A stretch of DNA of 64,000 bases from Gammaproteobacteria bacterium (GTDB lineage: Bacteria; Pseudomonadota; Gammaproteobacteria; Eutrophobiales; Eutrophobiaceae), in contig OZ244846.1 of assembly GCA_965220815.1 (NCBI GenBank), forward strand, positions 1,987,620 through 2,051,619, written 5' to 3'. Each line of letters begins with the position of its first letter. Position 1 is the stretch's first letter. This document shows positions 9,383-18,195 of this stretch, piece after piece. The notes below the pieces were generated by a model. It saw nothing but the letters and a program-made list of their open reading frames with translations, was not told the origin of the DNA and did no database searches. Position numbers and translations under genes: made by a program.

Positions 9383-10189
9383 TCAGGGGACGGACTTCAA
9401 GTCCGTCCCCGGTGAACGCCGTTGCAGCTCGCCCTGCAATGATTTGAGCACCGCCACCGTGGTGCTGCCGTCCTTTTCGGTATGCTCGACCTTTACCTGC
9501 AGGAACTCGAGGTCCGGCGCGCACCAGAATACCGACTTGCGGCTGCTGCCGGGTTTGTGCCTGAGCATCTTTATGGTGTTGAAACTGCCAAGAGGCGTTT
9601 CCACCACTTCCTCGCCCAGCTTCTCGAAGCTGTAGGTCTTGATGCCTCCCCCATCGGCGATCCGGTAGGAAGCAGGTATCCGCCCGTTCTGCAGATCGTG
9701 CATGATGGCGAGCTGGTACAGCAGTTTGTCCATCACGGCAGGCTCCATCGGCAGGTGCCAGAAATCGCCGTTGATGGTGTTTTTTATCTTATTGGTCGCG
9801 CGGTTGAACTCGATGGAAACATCGCGTTTTTTCCTGTAGCCGGTGCGCCCGTAACTGTAGTGAAGCGGTTTCAGCATACGCTCCTCTACCATCAGGCGGC
9901 TGGACTCGACGATATGCAGCTTCCTGAATAATGAGATCAGGCCCACCGTTTTCGTCTCGGACCGGTACTCATAGCTGTTGTCATCCAGCCTGGTCAGGCT
10001 GCGGATAACCCGGGCGGCCCTGGTGTCTTTGGCGTACAGGGAATATTCCGCCTGGAAAGTACGCAGGCCGGTAACGTTTTCTGCGCCGGCGGGGGTCGGC
10101 GCCACGACCAGGCACGAAAAAATTACCGCAGTGAACAAAGAGACAATGCCTGTACAGTCAACCCGCCCCGGCTTTATACTGATCGTGAC
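9383..10189 (-). CDS. DUF3108-family periplasmic protein
   Basis: Signal peptide (IVSLFTAVIFSCLVVAPTPAGA) and a beta-rich body. The track start at 10228 would overlap hldE, so a GTG at 10189 is preferred. Confidence 0.5.
   Translation of the reverse strand, partial: VTISIKPGRVDCTGIVSLFTAVIFSCLVVAPTPAGAENVTGLRTFQAEYSLYAKDTRAARVIRSLTRLDDNSYEYRSETKTVGLISLFRKLHIVESSRLMVEERMLKPLHYSYGRTGYRKKRDVSIEFNRATNKIKNTINGDFWHLPMEPAVMDKLLYQLAIMHDLQNGRIPASYRIADGGGIKTYSFEKLGEEVVETPLGSFNTIKMLRHKPGSSRKSVFWCAPDLEFLQVKVEHTEKDGSTTVAVLKSLQGELQRRSPGTDLKSVP
9387..9411. terminator. bidirectional terminator-like perfect hairpin between dsbC and the convergent DUF3108 gene
   Basis: GGGGACGGACTTCAAGTCCGTCCCC: 10-bp perfect stem, 5-nt loop, 14 nt after the dsbC stop. 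No T-run; it overlaps the last 8 codons of the minus-strand ORF. Confidence 0.4.
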
Positions 10190-11635
10190 ATGGTCACGAC
10201 GCGCACAAATTTTTGTCCCGGAGAGCATGCGAATATCCTGGTAGCAGGCGATGTGATGCTGGACCGCTACGTTTTCGGCAGCGCCGGAAGAATTTCACCG
10301 GAAGCGCCGGTCCCGGTGGTCAGGGTGGACAGGGTCGAAGAACGGCCGGGAGGCGCGGCCAACGTCGCCGCGAATATCAGCAGCCTGGGGGTGCAGGTCA
10401 CGCTGGCGGGCATAACCGGAGATGACGGGCAGGCCGGGTTCCTGGAGTCGGCATTGGTGGAGTCGGGGGTCTGTTATCGTTGTTATCGTCTACCGGGCGC
10501 CTCCACTATAACCAAACTGAGGGTTTTAAGTCAAAACCAGCAGCTTCTGCGCCTGGATTACGAGGAGGAATTTCCGGCAAACGCAGCAGACCGCATGCTG
10601 GAGATTTACGCCGAACAGTTGCATGACGCCACCCTGGTGGTGCTGTCCGATTACGCCAAGGGCAGCCTGGCCCGGGTGGAGACGCTGGTCGGACTCGCCC
10701 GTGAACACGGACTGCCCGTGGTCATCGATCCGAAAGGCGCGGATTTTAACCGCTACAAAAACGCCTCGGTGCTGACGCCGAACTACCGGGAGTTCGAGAG
10801 CGTCGCAGGTGAAAGCCTGAGTGAAGACGAAGTCTGCGCCAAAGCCAGGTCCCTGTGTGACGAACTGTCGCTGGACGCCGTGCTGATTACCCGGGGCGAT
10901 CGCGGCATGACGCTGGTGGACGGGGCAGGGCGTGAAATCGTCGATCTGCCGGCTGAGACACATGAGGTGTTTGACGTCACCGGCGCCGGCGATACCGTGA
11001 TAGCGATGTTTGCGGCAGCGCTTGCTTCCGGCTACGGTTACCGCGAGGCGGCCGGCTTTGCCAACTCGGCAGCCGGAATTGCCGTCGGGAAACTGGGCGC
11101 GGCGACCGTCAGCGCGGCTGAATTGAATGCGCGCGCCGGACGCCCCGGCGCGCAGAAACGGATGCAGCCGGAGGACCTGCTCGGCGCGCTCGAACGCAGC
11201 AGGAGCAGGGGGGAAAAGATAGTCATGACCAACGGTTGTTTCGATCTGCTGCACGCGGGCCACGTCGATTGCCTGGAACAGGCCAGGGCGCTGGGTGACA
11301 GGCTGGTGGTTGCAGTGAACGACGACGCTTCCGTGCGCAGGCTCAAGGGTCCGGGAAGACCGTTGCAGGATCTTGACAAACGCCTGAAGGTCCTGGCGGG
11401 ACTGGAAGCGGTCGACTGGCTGGTGGCGTTTTCCGAGGATACGCCGGAACGGCTGGTGCAACTGGTCAATCCCGACCTGCTGGTCAAGGGCGGCGATTAC
11501 GCGCCGGAACAGGTTGCCGGCGCCGGGCATGTGCAGCAGCAGGGAGGCGGCGTAATAACGCTGCCGCTGGTGGACGGTTGTTCGACCAGCGGGATCGTGG
11601 ACGCCATCAGGAAATCAGACCGGGGTCCTGCATGA
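10190..11635 (+). CDS. hldE: bifunctional D-beta-D-heptose 7-phosphate kinase / D-beta-D-heptose 1-phosphate adenylyltransferase
   Basis: ILVAGDVMLDRY..SPEAPVPVV..EERPGGAANVA N-terminal kinase motifs and a C-terminal cytidylyltransferase-like domain (MTNGCFDLLHAGH). Confidence 0.9.
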   Translation: MVTTRTNFCPGEHANILVAGDVMLDRYVFGSAGRISPEAPVPVVRVDRVEERPGGAANVAANISSLGVQVTLAGITGDDGQAGFLESALVESGVCYRCYRLPGASTITKLRVLSQNQQLLRLDYEEEFPANAADRMLEIYAEQLHDATLVVLSDYAKGSLARVETLVGLAREHGLPVVIDPKGADFNRYKNASVLTPNYREFESVAGESLSEDEVCAKARSLCDELSLDAVLITRGDRGMTLVDGAGREIVDLPAETHEVFDVTGAGDTVIAMFAAALASGYGYREAAGFANSAAGIAVGKLGAATVSAAELNARAGRPGAQKRMQPEDLLGALERSRSRGEKIVMTNGCFDLLHAGHVDCLEQARALGDRLVVAVNDDASVRRLKGPGRPLQDLDKRLKVLAGLEAVDWLVAFSEDTPERLVQLVNPDLLVKGGDYAPEQVAGAGHVQQQGGGVITLPLVDGCSTSGIVDAIRKSDRGPA

Positions 11636-12579
11636 TCGTCGTGACCGGGGCGGCCGGGTTTATCGGCAGCAACCTGGTGCGGGGCCTGAACGCGGCCGGC
11701 CGGTCCGACATTATCGCCGTCGACGACCTGACCGATGGAGCCAGGTTCCGCAACCTGGTCGACTGCGATTTTCTCGATTACCTGGACAAGGATGAGTTCA
11801 TGGCATCCCTGCCCGGCGGGCTCGCCGGCGTGGAACGGGTATTTCACCAGGGCGCCTGTTCCGATACCCTGGAGCGGGACGGCAGGTTCATGCTGGAAAA
11901 CAACTACGCCTGGTCGAGGCGCCTGCTGGAGGCCTGCGTGGATAACGGCGCCGGCCTGATTTATGCCTCCAGCGCCGCGGTGTACGGCGGCAACCGGCGT
12001 TTTATCGAAAAGCCGCAATATGAGCAGCCTGCCAACCTGTACGGTTATTCCAAACTGCTGTTCGACCGCCATGCCCGCAGGATCATGCAGGGCGTGTCCT
12101 CCCAGGTTGCCGGCTTGAGGTATTTCAACGTGTACGGTCCCGGAGAACAGCACAAGGGAAAAATGGCCAGCATGGTTTTCCGCCTGCACCGGCAGTTGCT
12201 GGAAAACGGAGAAGCGAGGTTGTTCAAGGGCAGCGGCGGCTATCCGGACGGAGAACAGCGCCGGGATTTCATCCATGTCGATGACGTGGTGGATGTCAAC
12301 CTGTGGTTCATGAAACACAGCGGTGTCAGCGGCATTTTCAACGTCGGCGCCGGCAGGAGCAGGAGCTTTAACGATATCGCCCGCCTGCTCATCGACTGGC
12401 ACACGGGGGGCAGGGTCCAATACATGGATTTCCCGGAAGATCTGCTGGATGCATACCAGAGTTTTACCGAAGCGGATATTTCCGCCTTGCGGGAGGCCGG
12501 ATACCGTAAACCCTTCACCGTGCTGGAGCTGGGCATCAGGAAATACCTGGACAGGTTGAGCGGGCAGCCGGCCCGATGA
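11632..12579 (+). CDS. hldD: ADP-L-glycero-D-manno-heptose 6-epimerase
   Basis: MIVVTGAAGFIGSNLV Rossmann start and the SDR-epimerase YxxxK region. ATGA overlap with hldE. Confidence 0.9.
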   Translation: MIVVTGAAGFIGSNLVRGLNAAGRSDIIAVDDLTDGARFRNLVDCDFLDYLDKDEFMASLPGGLAGVERVFHQGACSDTLERDGRFMLENNYAWSRRLLEACVDNGAGLIYASSAAVYGGNRRFIEKPQYEQPANLYGYSKLLFDRHARRIMQGVSSQVAGLRYFNVYGPGEQHKGKMASMVFRLHRQLLENGEARLFKGSGGYPDGEQRRDFIHVDDVVDVNLWFMKHSGVSGIFNVGAGRSRSFNDIARLLIDWHTGGRVQYMDFPEDLLDAYQSFTEADISALREAGYRKPFTVLELGIRKYLDRLSGQPAR

Positions 12580-13850
12580 GGGTTTTATACAGCCTGGTCC
12601 TGTACCTGTGCGCGCCGCTGGCGCTGTGTTACCTGCTGTTGCGCGGGACAAAAAACCGCGCTTACCTGGAACGCATCCCCGAGCGCTTCGGTTACATCCC
12701 GGAACCCGGCTCCGCACAGCCGGTGATCTGGATCCACGCGGTATCCGTGGGCGAGGTGAAGGCATCGGGGATGCTGGTAAAACGCCTGCTCAGCGCTTAT
12801 CCCGATTGCCGGGTGTTGATGACGACCGTCACACCGACGGGCGCGGCGCGTGTAAGGTCTCTTTTCGCAGGTACGGTGGAGCACAGATACCTGCCCTATG
12901 ACCTGCCCCATGCCGTCCTCCTGTTTCTGCGCCGCATTAATCCGCGTCTGCTGGTTATCCTGGAGACGGAGATATGGCCGAACCTGCTGTATTATTGCAA
13001 ACGGCGCGGTGTTCCCGCGATCCTGGTCAATGCCAGGTTGTCTTCCGCCTCATACCAGGGTTACCTGAAGCTGCGCCGCTTCTCGGCTTCTGCCGTACAG
13101 TCGTTGAGTCACATAGCTGCCCGGGGCGCTGAAGATGCAGAGCGATTCCTGGCGCTGGGCGCGGACCCTGCCAGGGTCTCGATAGCGGGCAACCTGAAGT
13201 TCGACATCGACACGGGCGTTGACATTGTGGCACAGACGGCGTCACTGCGGCGCAGTATCGCTGCGGGGCGTCCGGTATGGATCGCGGCCAGCACCCACGC
13301 GGGCGAAGAGGAGCAGGCCCTGGATGCCTTCGTCCGCGTCGGGCAGGCATTTGCGGACTGCCTGCTGATCATTGCGCCGCGCCATCCCGAACGCTTCGAT
13401 AAGGTATATGACTTGTGCCGGCGGCGCGGCCTGGATGTTGCCAGGCGCAGCGCGGCTGCGGGCGTCGAGGCGCGGGATACGGACGTGTACCTGCTGGATA
13501 CCCTGGGAGAGCTTCCCCTGTTCTACGCCTGCGCCGATGCGGCGTTCGTGGGCGGCAGCCTGACACCCGTCGGCGGGCATAACGTGCTGGAACCGGCCGC
13601 GCTGGGCGTGCCGCTGATCAGCGGGCCACATACCGCCAATTTCAGGGAAGTTATCGAACTGTTCAAGGCTGACGACGCCATCATGATCGTTACGGATGCT
13701 GCGCAACTGGCCGCGGCAGTTACCGGCCTGTTGCAGGATGCCGATCTGGGACGAGCCCGTGGCGAGCGCGGGCAACGGCTGGTGCGCCGGAACCAGGGCG
13801 CTACCGATTCGATCATGGGATTACTCGACAAATGCCTGGCGAACCCCTGA
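12576..13850 (+). CDS. waaA: 3-deoxy-D-manno-octulosonic acid (Kdo) transferase
   Basis: N-terminal membrane anchor, PVIWIHAVSVGE motif, glycosyltransferase C-domain. ATGA overlap with hldD. Confidence 0.9.
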   Translation: MRVLYSLVLYLCAPLALCYLLLRGTKNRAYLERIPERFGYIPEPGSAQPVIWIHAVSVGEVKASGMLVKRLLSAYPDCRVLMTTVTPTGAARVRSLFAGTVEHRYLPYDLPHAVLLFLRRINPRLLVILETEIWPNLLYYCKRRGVPAILVNARLSSASYQGYLKLRRFSASAVQSLSHIAARGAEDAERFLALGADPARVSIAGNLKFDIDTGVDIVAQTASLRRSIAAGRPVWIAASTHAGEEEQALDAFVRVGQAFADCLLIIAPRHPERFDKVYDLCRRRGLDVARRSAAAGVEARDTDVYLLDTLGELPLFYACADAAFVGGSLTPVGGHNVLEPAALGVPLISGPHTANFREVIELFKADDAIMIVTDAAQLAAAVTGLLQDADLGRARGERGQRLVRRNQGATDSIMGLLDKCLANP

Positions 13851-13946
13851 TTTAACCAGTACCTTTTCCTGATATATAATTCTTGACTATTGTATTCGCA
13901 GAAACTAACCTGTACATGTTGGTTCGCTTTAAATGAAGGGGGCGTT

Positions 13947-16259
13947 ATGAAAACACAACATCACAAAACATACTACATAAGCCACATTCTGATTCCGGCC
14001 GTGGCCGGTTTGCTGTTATGTTCCGGTGCAGCCCGGGCCCAGGTGCTCGAGGAGATCGTGGTCACCGCGCAAAAGCGCGCGGAAGACCTGCAGGACACGC
14101 CGGTTGCCGTAACCGCGTTCACCGGGGAGCAACTGCAGCAGGCCGGTGTTTATGATGCCATCGGGCTCAGCAACGTCGTACCCAATGTGACCATAGGCAC
14201 CGAAGACGCCAGGGACGCAATTTTCATCAATATACGCGGCATTTCCCAGTCGGAACGCAGGAATACCTCGGACCCGACTACCGCGTTCTACATGGACGGC
14301 GCCCTGGTGCCGCGCATGTCCGGCGTCAACGCCTACTTTTACGATGTTGAGCGCATCGAAGTGCTGCGCGGCCCACAGGGCACGCTGTACGGTCGCAACA
14401 GCACGTCGGGAGTGGTCAATGTTATTACCAGGAAACCCGACCTGGAAGCGTTCGGGGGCGATATCCAGGTGGGTTACGGTAATTACGATGCGGTTGATGT
14501 AAGAGGCGCCCTGAATGTGCCTTTTTCAGACAGTTTCGGCGCGCGCGTCGCGTTCACCTATAACGAACGGGATGGTTACCGGGACAACAGTCCGGTTGCC
14601 GACGGCGACGACCTGGATGATGTCGGCGTGCGCGGCCACCTGCTCTGGGATATCACTGAAAATACCTCGCTGCTCCTCTCGGCGGACTACTATGAACACC
14701 AGGGTGTCGGACCGGTGCTGGCCCAGGTGGAATGCCCCGACCTCGGGTGCAACATCCCGATACCCCCGGACCCTGCCGACGCCAACCCGCTCAATACGGA
14801 AGGTTTTCGCGATAATACGGATACGAATTTCAAGGTCGAACTGAACCACTCGTTCCCGTTTGCCGACCTGACCTTCATCGGTTCCTACCGGGACCATGAA
14901 CGGGATTACCTGATGGATACCGACGGCACCGGCGCTTCCGTCTTCCTGCCGCCTGCCGGCAGGTTGGTTCCTATCGACACCATTGTCGTGGAACAGACGG
15001 AATCCGAGTCATTTTCGGGCGAACTCCGTTTGAATTCCAACACGGACGGCCGCTTCCAGTGGATCCTGGGGGGCTTTTACCTGGATGAGGATATCGCGGG
15101 CGATTTCCGTTACCAACCGGTGTTGCCGAACGGCGCGCACTTGAATGTGCAGTTTGTCGATAAAGGTTTCAACGTGGAGTCCTGGGCGGTGTTTGCCAAT
15201 GCTTCCGTGGATGTCACCGACCGGTTCACCCTGAACGGCGGCATTCGTTATACGGAAGATGAGAAAGACAAGGGCGGCGTCAACGACCCCGCCAATCCTA
15301 CGGCCGGCAGTTATATGACGGTCACCGTAAGAGAACTCGGCAGGCCCGTCGCGCCGGTATTTCCCCGCGCCCAGGTGTCGAATCCGTCCTGGAGTGAGGT
15401 TACTTATTCGTTCGGTCTTGACTGGCATATCAACGACGACACTCTTGTCTATATCAAGACCAGCAAGGGTTTCAAGTCGGGCGGTTTCAACCGCGGCAGC
15501 GTGGATCCCTTTCAACCGAGCGGCGCGCCCAATGTAGCAAACCTGATCGTCTATAACCCGGAGCAGGTGCTCGCCACGGAAGGCGGCATCAAATCCACTT
15601 TCATGGACGGCCGCGCCCGCGCTAACTTCAGTCTGTTCTGGTATGACTATTCCGACAAGGAGGAAGCCGTGGTGCGCGTCATTGGCGGGATCCCGACCAA
15701 TACGGCGATCAACGCGGGGCAGGCAACCATTTACGGGGCGGAACTGGAAACCTCGTTCCTGTACGGCGATCATGGCGGGCGCATCGATCTCAACATCGGC
15801 TGGCTGGATGCGGAATTCGATGAATTCGTCGGCCTGGACGATCCCCTGACGGCCGGCCAGGACAACCTGGACCTGGGCGGCGGTGAAATGGTCAATGCGC
15901 CGGACTGGAACATCAGCGCCACCTGGGTGCCCGTCGAGCTGGAAGTAATGAATGGAATATTACATCCCATGGTCCAGTTTTCGTTCAAGTCAGACTATAT
16001 AACACGGCCCCATAATCAATCGGTAGACCAGCAGGATTCCTACACCCGCACCAATGCAAGCCTGCACTGGGAATCCAGCAAAACCGGCCTGTTCCTGGAA
16101 GGTTTCGTGCATAACATAGAGAACGAGGACATCCAGACCGTATCGACGTGTCAACAGCAAGTCAATGGCGTGGCGGGAACACCCTTCCCCGGACTGGGCT
16201 GTACCCATATGTATCAACCGCCCCGCACCTACGGCGTGCGGCTGGGGTACAGGTTCTAG
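13947..16259 (+). CDS. TonB-dependent outer-membrane receptor
   Basis: Signal peptide, then a TonB-box/plug (EEIVVTAQKRAEDLQDTPVAVTAF), a 22-strand barrel body and a C-terminal aromatic residue (RLGYRF). RBS AAGGGGG precedes the ATG at 13947. Confidence 0.85.
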   Translation: MKTQHHKTYYISHILIPAVAGLLLCSGAARAQVLEEIVVTAQKRAEDLQDTPVAVTAFTGEQLQQAGVYDAIGLSNVVPNVTIGTEDARDAIFINIRGISQSERRNTSDPTTAFYMDGALVPRMSGVNAYFYDVERIEVLRGPQGTLYGRNSTSGVVNVITRKPDLEAFGGDIQVGYGNYDAVDVRGALNVPFSDSFGARVAFTYNERDGYRDNSPVADGDDLDDVGVRGHLLWDITENTSLLLSADYYEHQGVGPVLAQVECPDLGCNIPIPPDPADANPLNTEGFRDNTDTNFKVELNHSFPFADLTFIGSYRDHERDYLMDTDGTGASVFLPPAGRLVPIDTIVVEQTESESFSGELRLNSNTDGRFQWILGGFYLDEDIAGDFRYQPVLPNGAHLNVQFVDKGFNVESWAVFANASVDVTDRFTLNGGIRYTEDEKDKGGVNDPANPTAGSYMTVTVRELGRPVAPVFPRAQVSNPSWSEVTYSFGLDWHINDDTLVYIKTSKGFKSGGFNRGSVDPFQPSGAPNVANLIVYNPEQVLATEGGIKSTFMDGRARANFSLFWYDYSDKEEAVVRVIGGIPTNTAINAGQATIYGAELETSFLYGDHGGRIDLNIGWLDAEFDEFVGLDDPLTAGQDNLDLGGGEMVNAPDWNISATWVPVELEVMNGILHPMVQFSFKSDYITRPHNQSVDQQDSYTRTNASLHWESSKTGLFLEGFVHNIENEDIQTVSTCQQQVNGVAGTPFPGLGCTHMYQPPRTYGVRLGYRF

Positions 16260-16360
16260 AGATACGGGGTCAGGTCGCACAATGCACATTCTGAATGACC
16301 CCATGTTCTTTGCGCTTCAAAAAAGACAGAATGTGCATTGTGCGACCTGACCCCGTATCT
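16260..16360. repeat. 101-bp stem-loop with 34-bp perfect inverted arms downstream of the TonB receptor stop
   Basis: AGATACGGGGTCAGGTCGCACAATGCACATTCTG ... CAGAATGTGCATTGTGCGACCTGACCCCGTATCT, read directly from the sequence. Confidence 0.8.
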
Positions 16361-16408
16361 CCGGTTCATCCGGCCCCCATTGATTTTGAAGATACGTCCC
16401 TGTATCGT

Positions 16409-16442
16409 AGGAACCTCTGAGACTTTAACCAGAGGTTCCTGA
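16409..16442. repeat. REP-like hairpin, AGGAACCTCTG family, copy 1 (11-bp perfect stem)
   Basis: AGGAACCTCTGagactttaacCAGAGGTTCCT. The same arms recur at 16822, 7574 and 2028. Confidence 0.75.
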
Positions 16443-16446
16443 GTTC

Positions 16447-16815
16447 ATGCTGAAATCCATAACAATAATTCTGGTCCTGGCAGTGCCTTCATTTGCGGCG
16501 GCTGCCGGGTTTCCGACAGTTGAAACGGTCAGGCAGGTCGTCAGTTGCATGGCCGGGCTTGGCGACCAGACCGAAGAAAACCTGTTGACCTGCGCCTGCC
16601 GGCAGGACGTGATTGAAGCCGGGATAAGTTTTGAGATTTTCGAACAGGCCAGCCTGCAGGAGCGCTATAACCGGATGCCGGGCAAACGCGGCGGCCTGTT
16701 CCGTGACGATAAGATAAGCAGGGAACAACTCAAGCAGTTGAAAGACGTCAGGAAGCAGGCCCTGGCGGCATGCCCCGCAGTAAAAAAGGTCAGGCGGGCA
16801 GAGGAAGTACAGTAA
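16447..16815 (+). CDS. small secreted Cys-containing protein, hypothetical
   Basis: 122 aa with a signal peptide (MLKSITIILVLAVPSFAAAAG). Flanked on both sides by copies of the same hairpin. Confidence 0.4.
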   Translation: MLKSITIILVLAVPSFAAAAGFPTVETVRQVVSCMAGLGDQTEENLLTCACRQDVIEAGISFEIFEQASLQERYNRMPGKRGGLFRDDKISREQLKQLKDVRKQALAACPAVKKVRRAEEVQ

Positions 16816-16821
16816 ATCCGT

Positions 16822-16857
16822 TAAGGAACCTCTGATTAAGTCCAGAGGTTCCTTAAT
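16822..16857. repeat. REP-like hairpin, AGGAACCTCTG family, copy 2 (14-bp perfect stem), convergent terminator position
   Basis: TTAAGGAACCTCTGattaagtcCAGAGGTTCCTTAA, lying between the stops of convergent genes. Confidence 0.75.
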
Positions 16858-17689
16858 TCACCGCAAAATTCGAAGACCAGGAAGCGTTCTTGGTATCCGT
16901 TGCCTGGACCGTCAATGTCCCCTCGTTTTCCGGCACGAAGAAGAAACGCAGGCTTGGGTCCATGCTGATGGCAAAGGTCAATATTGCTTTCATTACCGGA
17001 GCCCCGTTGTAATCGACACTCAACGTGTTGACGAAATGGGCGGGGGGATGGACGTGGGAGCCTATCCGCATCGGTTGCAACCCGGTTATGTTGGGGTGCT
17101 TGATCCTGATCTGCATCAGGTTCGGCTTGCTGTATTCGACATCGCCGATCAGTTTCATTTTCATCATGCCCATGTTGGCGATGGAATCACCGATGCTCTT
17201 GGGCGGCGGCGCGGAACATGCGCCCCTTGCCCTGGTAAAACTCTTGACCATGTACAGTTCGCCGGTATTCAATTCGGCGACGGCGCGGACATAGGTATGA
17301 TCATTTATCCTGACGCGCATGGCCAGGTCGGCCTTGCCGCTGGCCGGCGTAAAATCGAAGATGCCCACCAGCGGGACCGGGTTCTTGTCGATGAAGACAT
17401 GCATCCGTTGTATATACAGTTCATCGGTCTGGGGAATTTTGGTATGTATGGTAACGGGAGCGAGCGTTGCATCTTCCGCCGCGTACGGCACTCTTATTTC
17501 CAGAACGCTCTGCTCGGCGTCTTCAATGATTTCCCGGTCCTGGAAGGCTGCATGGCGTGAATTCTCCTCCCAGGCCTGGTCCGACAGTTTCTGCCGCCAG
17601 TCAGGAGGCATCACGTCCGCCGCCACTGACGGCGCCCAGATGAGTATCAGTGCAACATATACGAGCGTTTTTATGGTTGTGTTCAACAT
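16853..17689 (-). CDS. periplasmic protein, possibly a quinoprotein-dehydrogenase-associated SoxYZ-like carrier
   Basis: Signal peptide (MLNTTIKTLVYVALILIWAPSVAA) with RBS GGAGA upstream. About 275 aa, beta-rich, with a single conserved-looking Cys (RARGACSAPPP). The family call is a guess from size, context next to xoxF and memory of the TIGR04557 family. Confidence 0.35.
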   Translation of the reverse strand: MLNTTIKTLVYVALILIWAPSVAADVMPPDWRQKLSDQAWEENSRHAAFQDREIIEDAEQSVLEIRVPYAAEDATLAPVTIHTKIPQTDELYIQRMHVFIDKNPVPLVGIFDFTPASGKADLAMRVRINDHTYVRAVAELNTGELYMVKSFTRARGACSAPPPKSIGDSIANMGMMKMKLIGDVEYSKPNLMQIRIKHPNITGLQPMRIGSHVHPPAHFVNTLSVDYNGAPVMKAILTFAISMDPSLRFFFVPENEGTLTVQATDTKNASWSSNFAVN

Positions 17690-17797
17690 ACGTTTCTCCA
17701 TAAATTCCCAGCGTTGGTTCAGGTGATTGATTTTATCCATCAAAGTATACAATATCGAAAATATCATTTCCAGATTTTACGTTATATTCAGATGGGT

Positions 17798-17874
17798 GGG
17801 GTCAGAGTAAAATCGCCGGGGGCGTCGGCAACAGCAGAGCCGCTGGTGATTTTACTCTGACCCCGGAATTTAGC
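17798..17874. repeat. stem-loop with 17-bp perfect arms between divergent genes
   Basis: GGGGTCAGAGTAAAATC ... GATTTTACTCTGACCCC. It shares a GGGGTCAG core with the 16260 palindrome. Confidence 0.7.
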
Positions 17875-17992
17875 GGGAACTGCCGGGATCAGAGGGAAGA
17901 TCGCGAATTATGCTTGACATCTCCTGAAATTAAGGTGGAATATGCCGTCTGTGTGTAAAAGTGCTTGCTTATTGCATGAATATTTCCTATAT

Positions 17993-18020
17993 TTGACTTG
18001 TTCTAGTATTGTGATAATAT
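17993..18020 (+). promoter_or_regulatory. candidate sigma70 promoter for xoxF
   Basis: TTGACT, 16-nt spacer, TAATAT, within the AT-rich region upstream of xoxF. Confidence 0.3.
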
Positions 18021-18111
18021 TCATTGAAATAGTAAGAGCATAAAAAAACAACATAATAAAATGCTAATGAAGTTTGACGCAGGGATGCGGCTCTGATAAA
18101 TTTAACTCTCA

Positions 18112-18137
18112 GCTATCTTTCATGATCTCGAGATAGC
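18112..18137. promoter_or_regulatory. dyad-symmetry element upstream of xoxF (candidate operator)
   Basis: GCTATCT, 12-nt spacer, AGATAGC, with a nested ATCTCGAGAT palindrome. It sits 60 bp upstream of the xoxF ATG. Confidence 0.3.
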
Positions 18138-18195
18138 GGGGAGGTCAATAAAAATCGAGATCAAAATTGTTAATTAGCAATAAGAGGAGGAGGTC

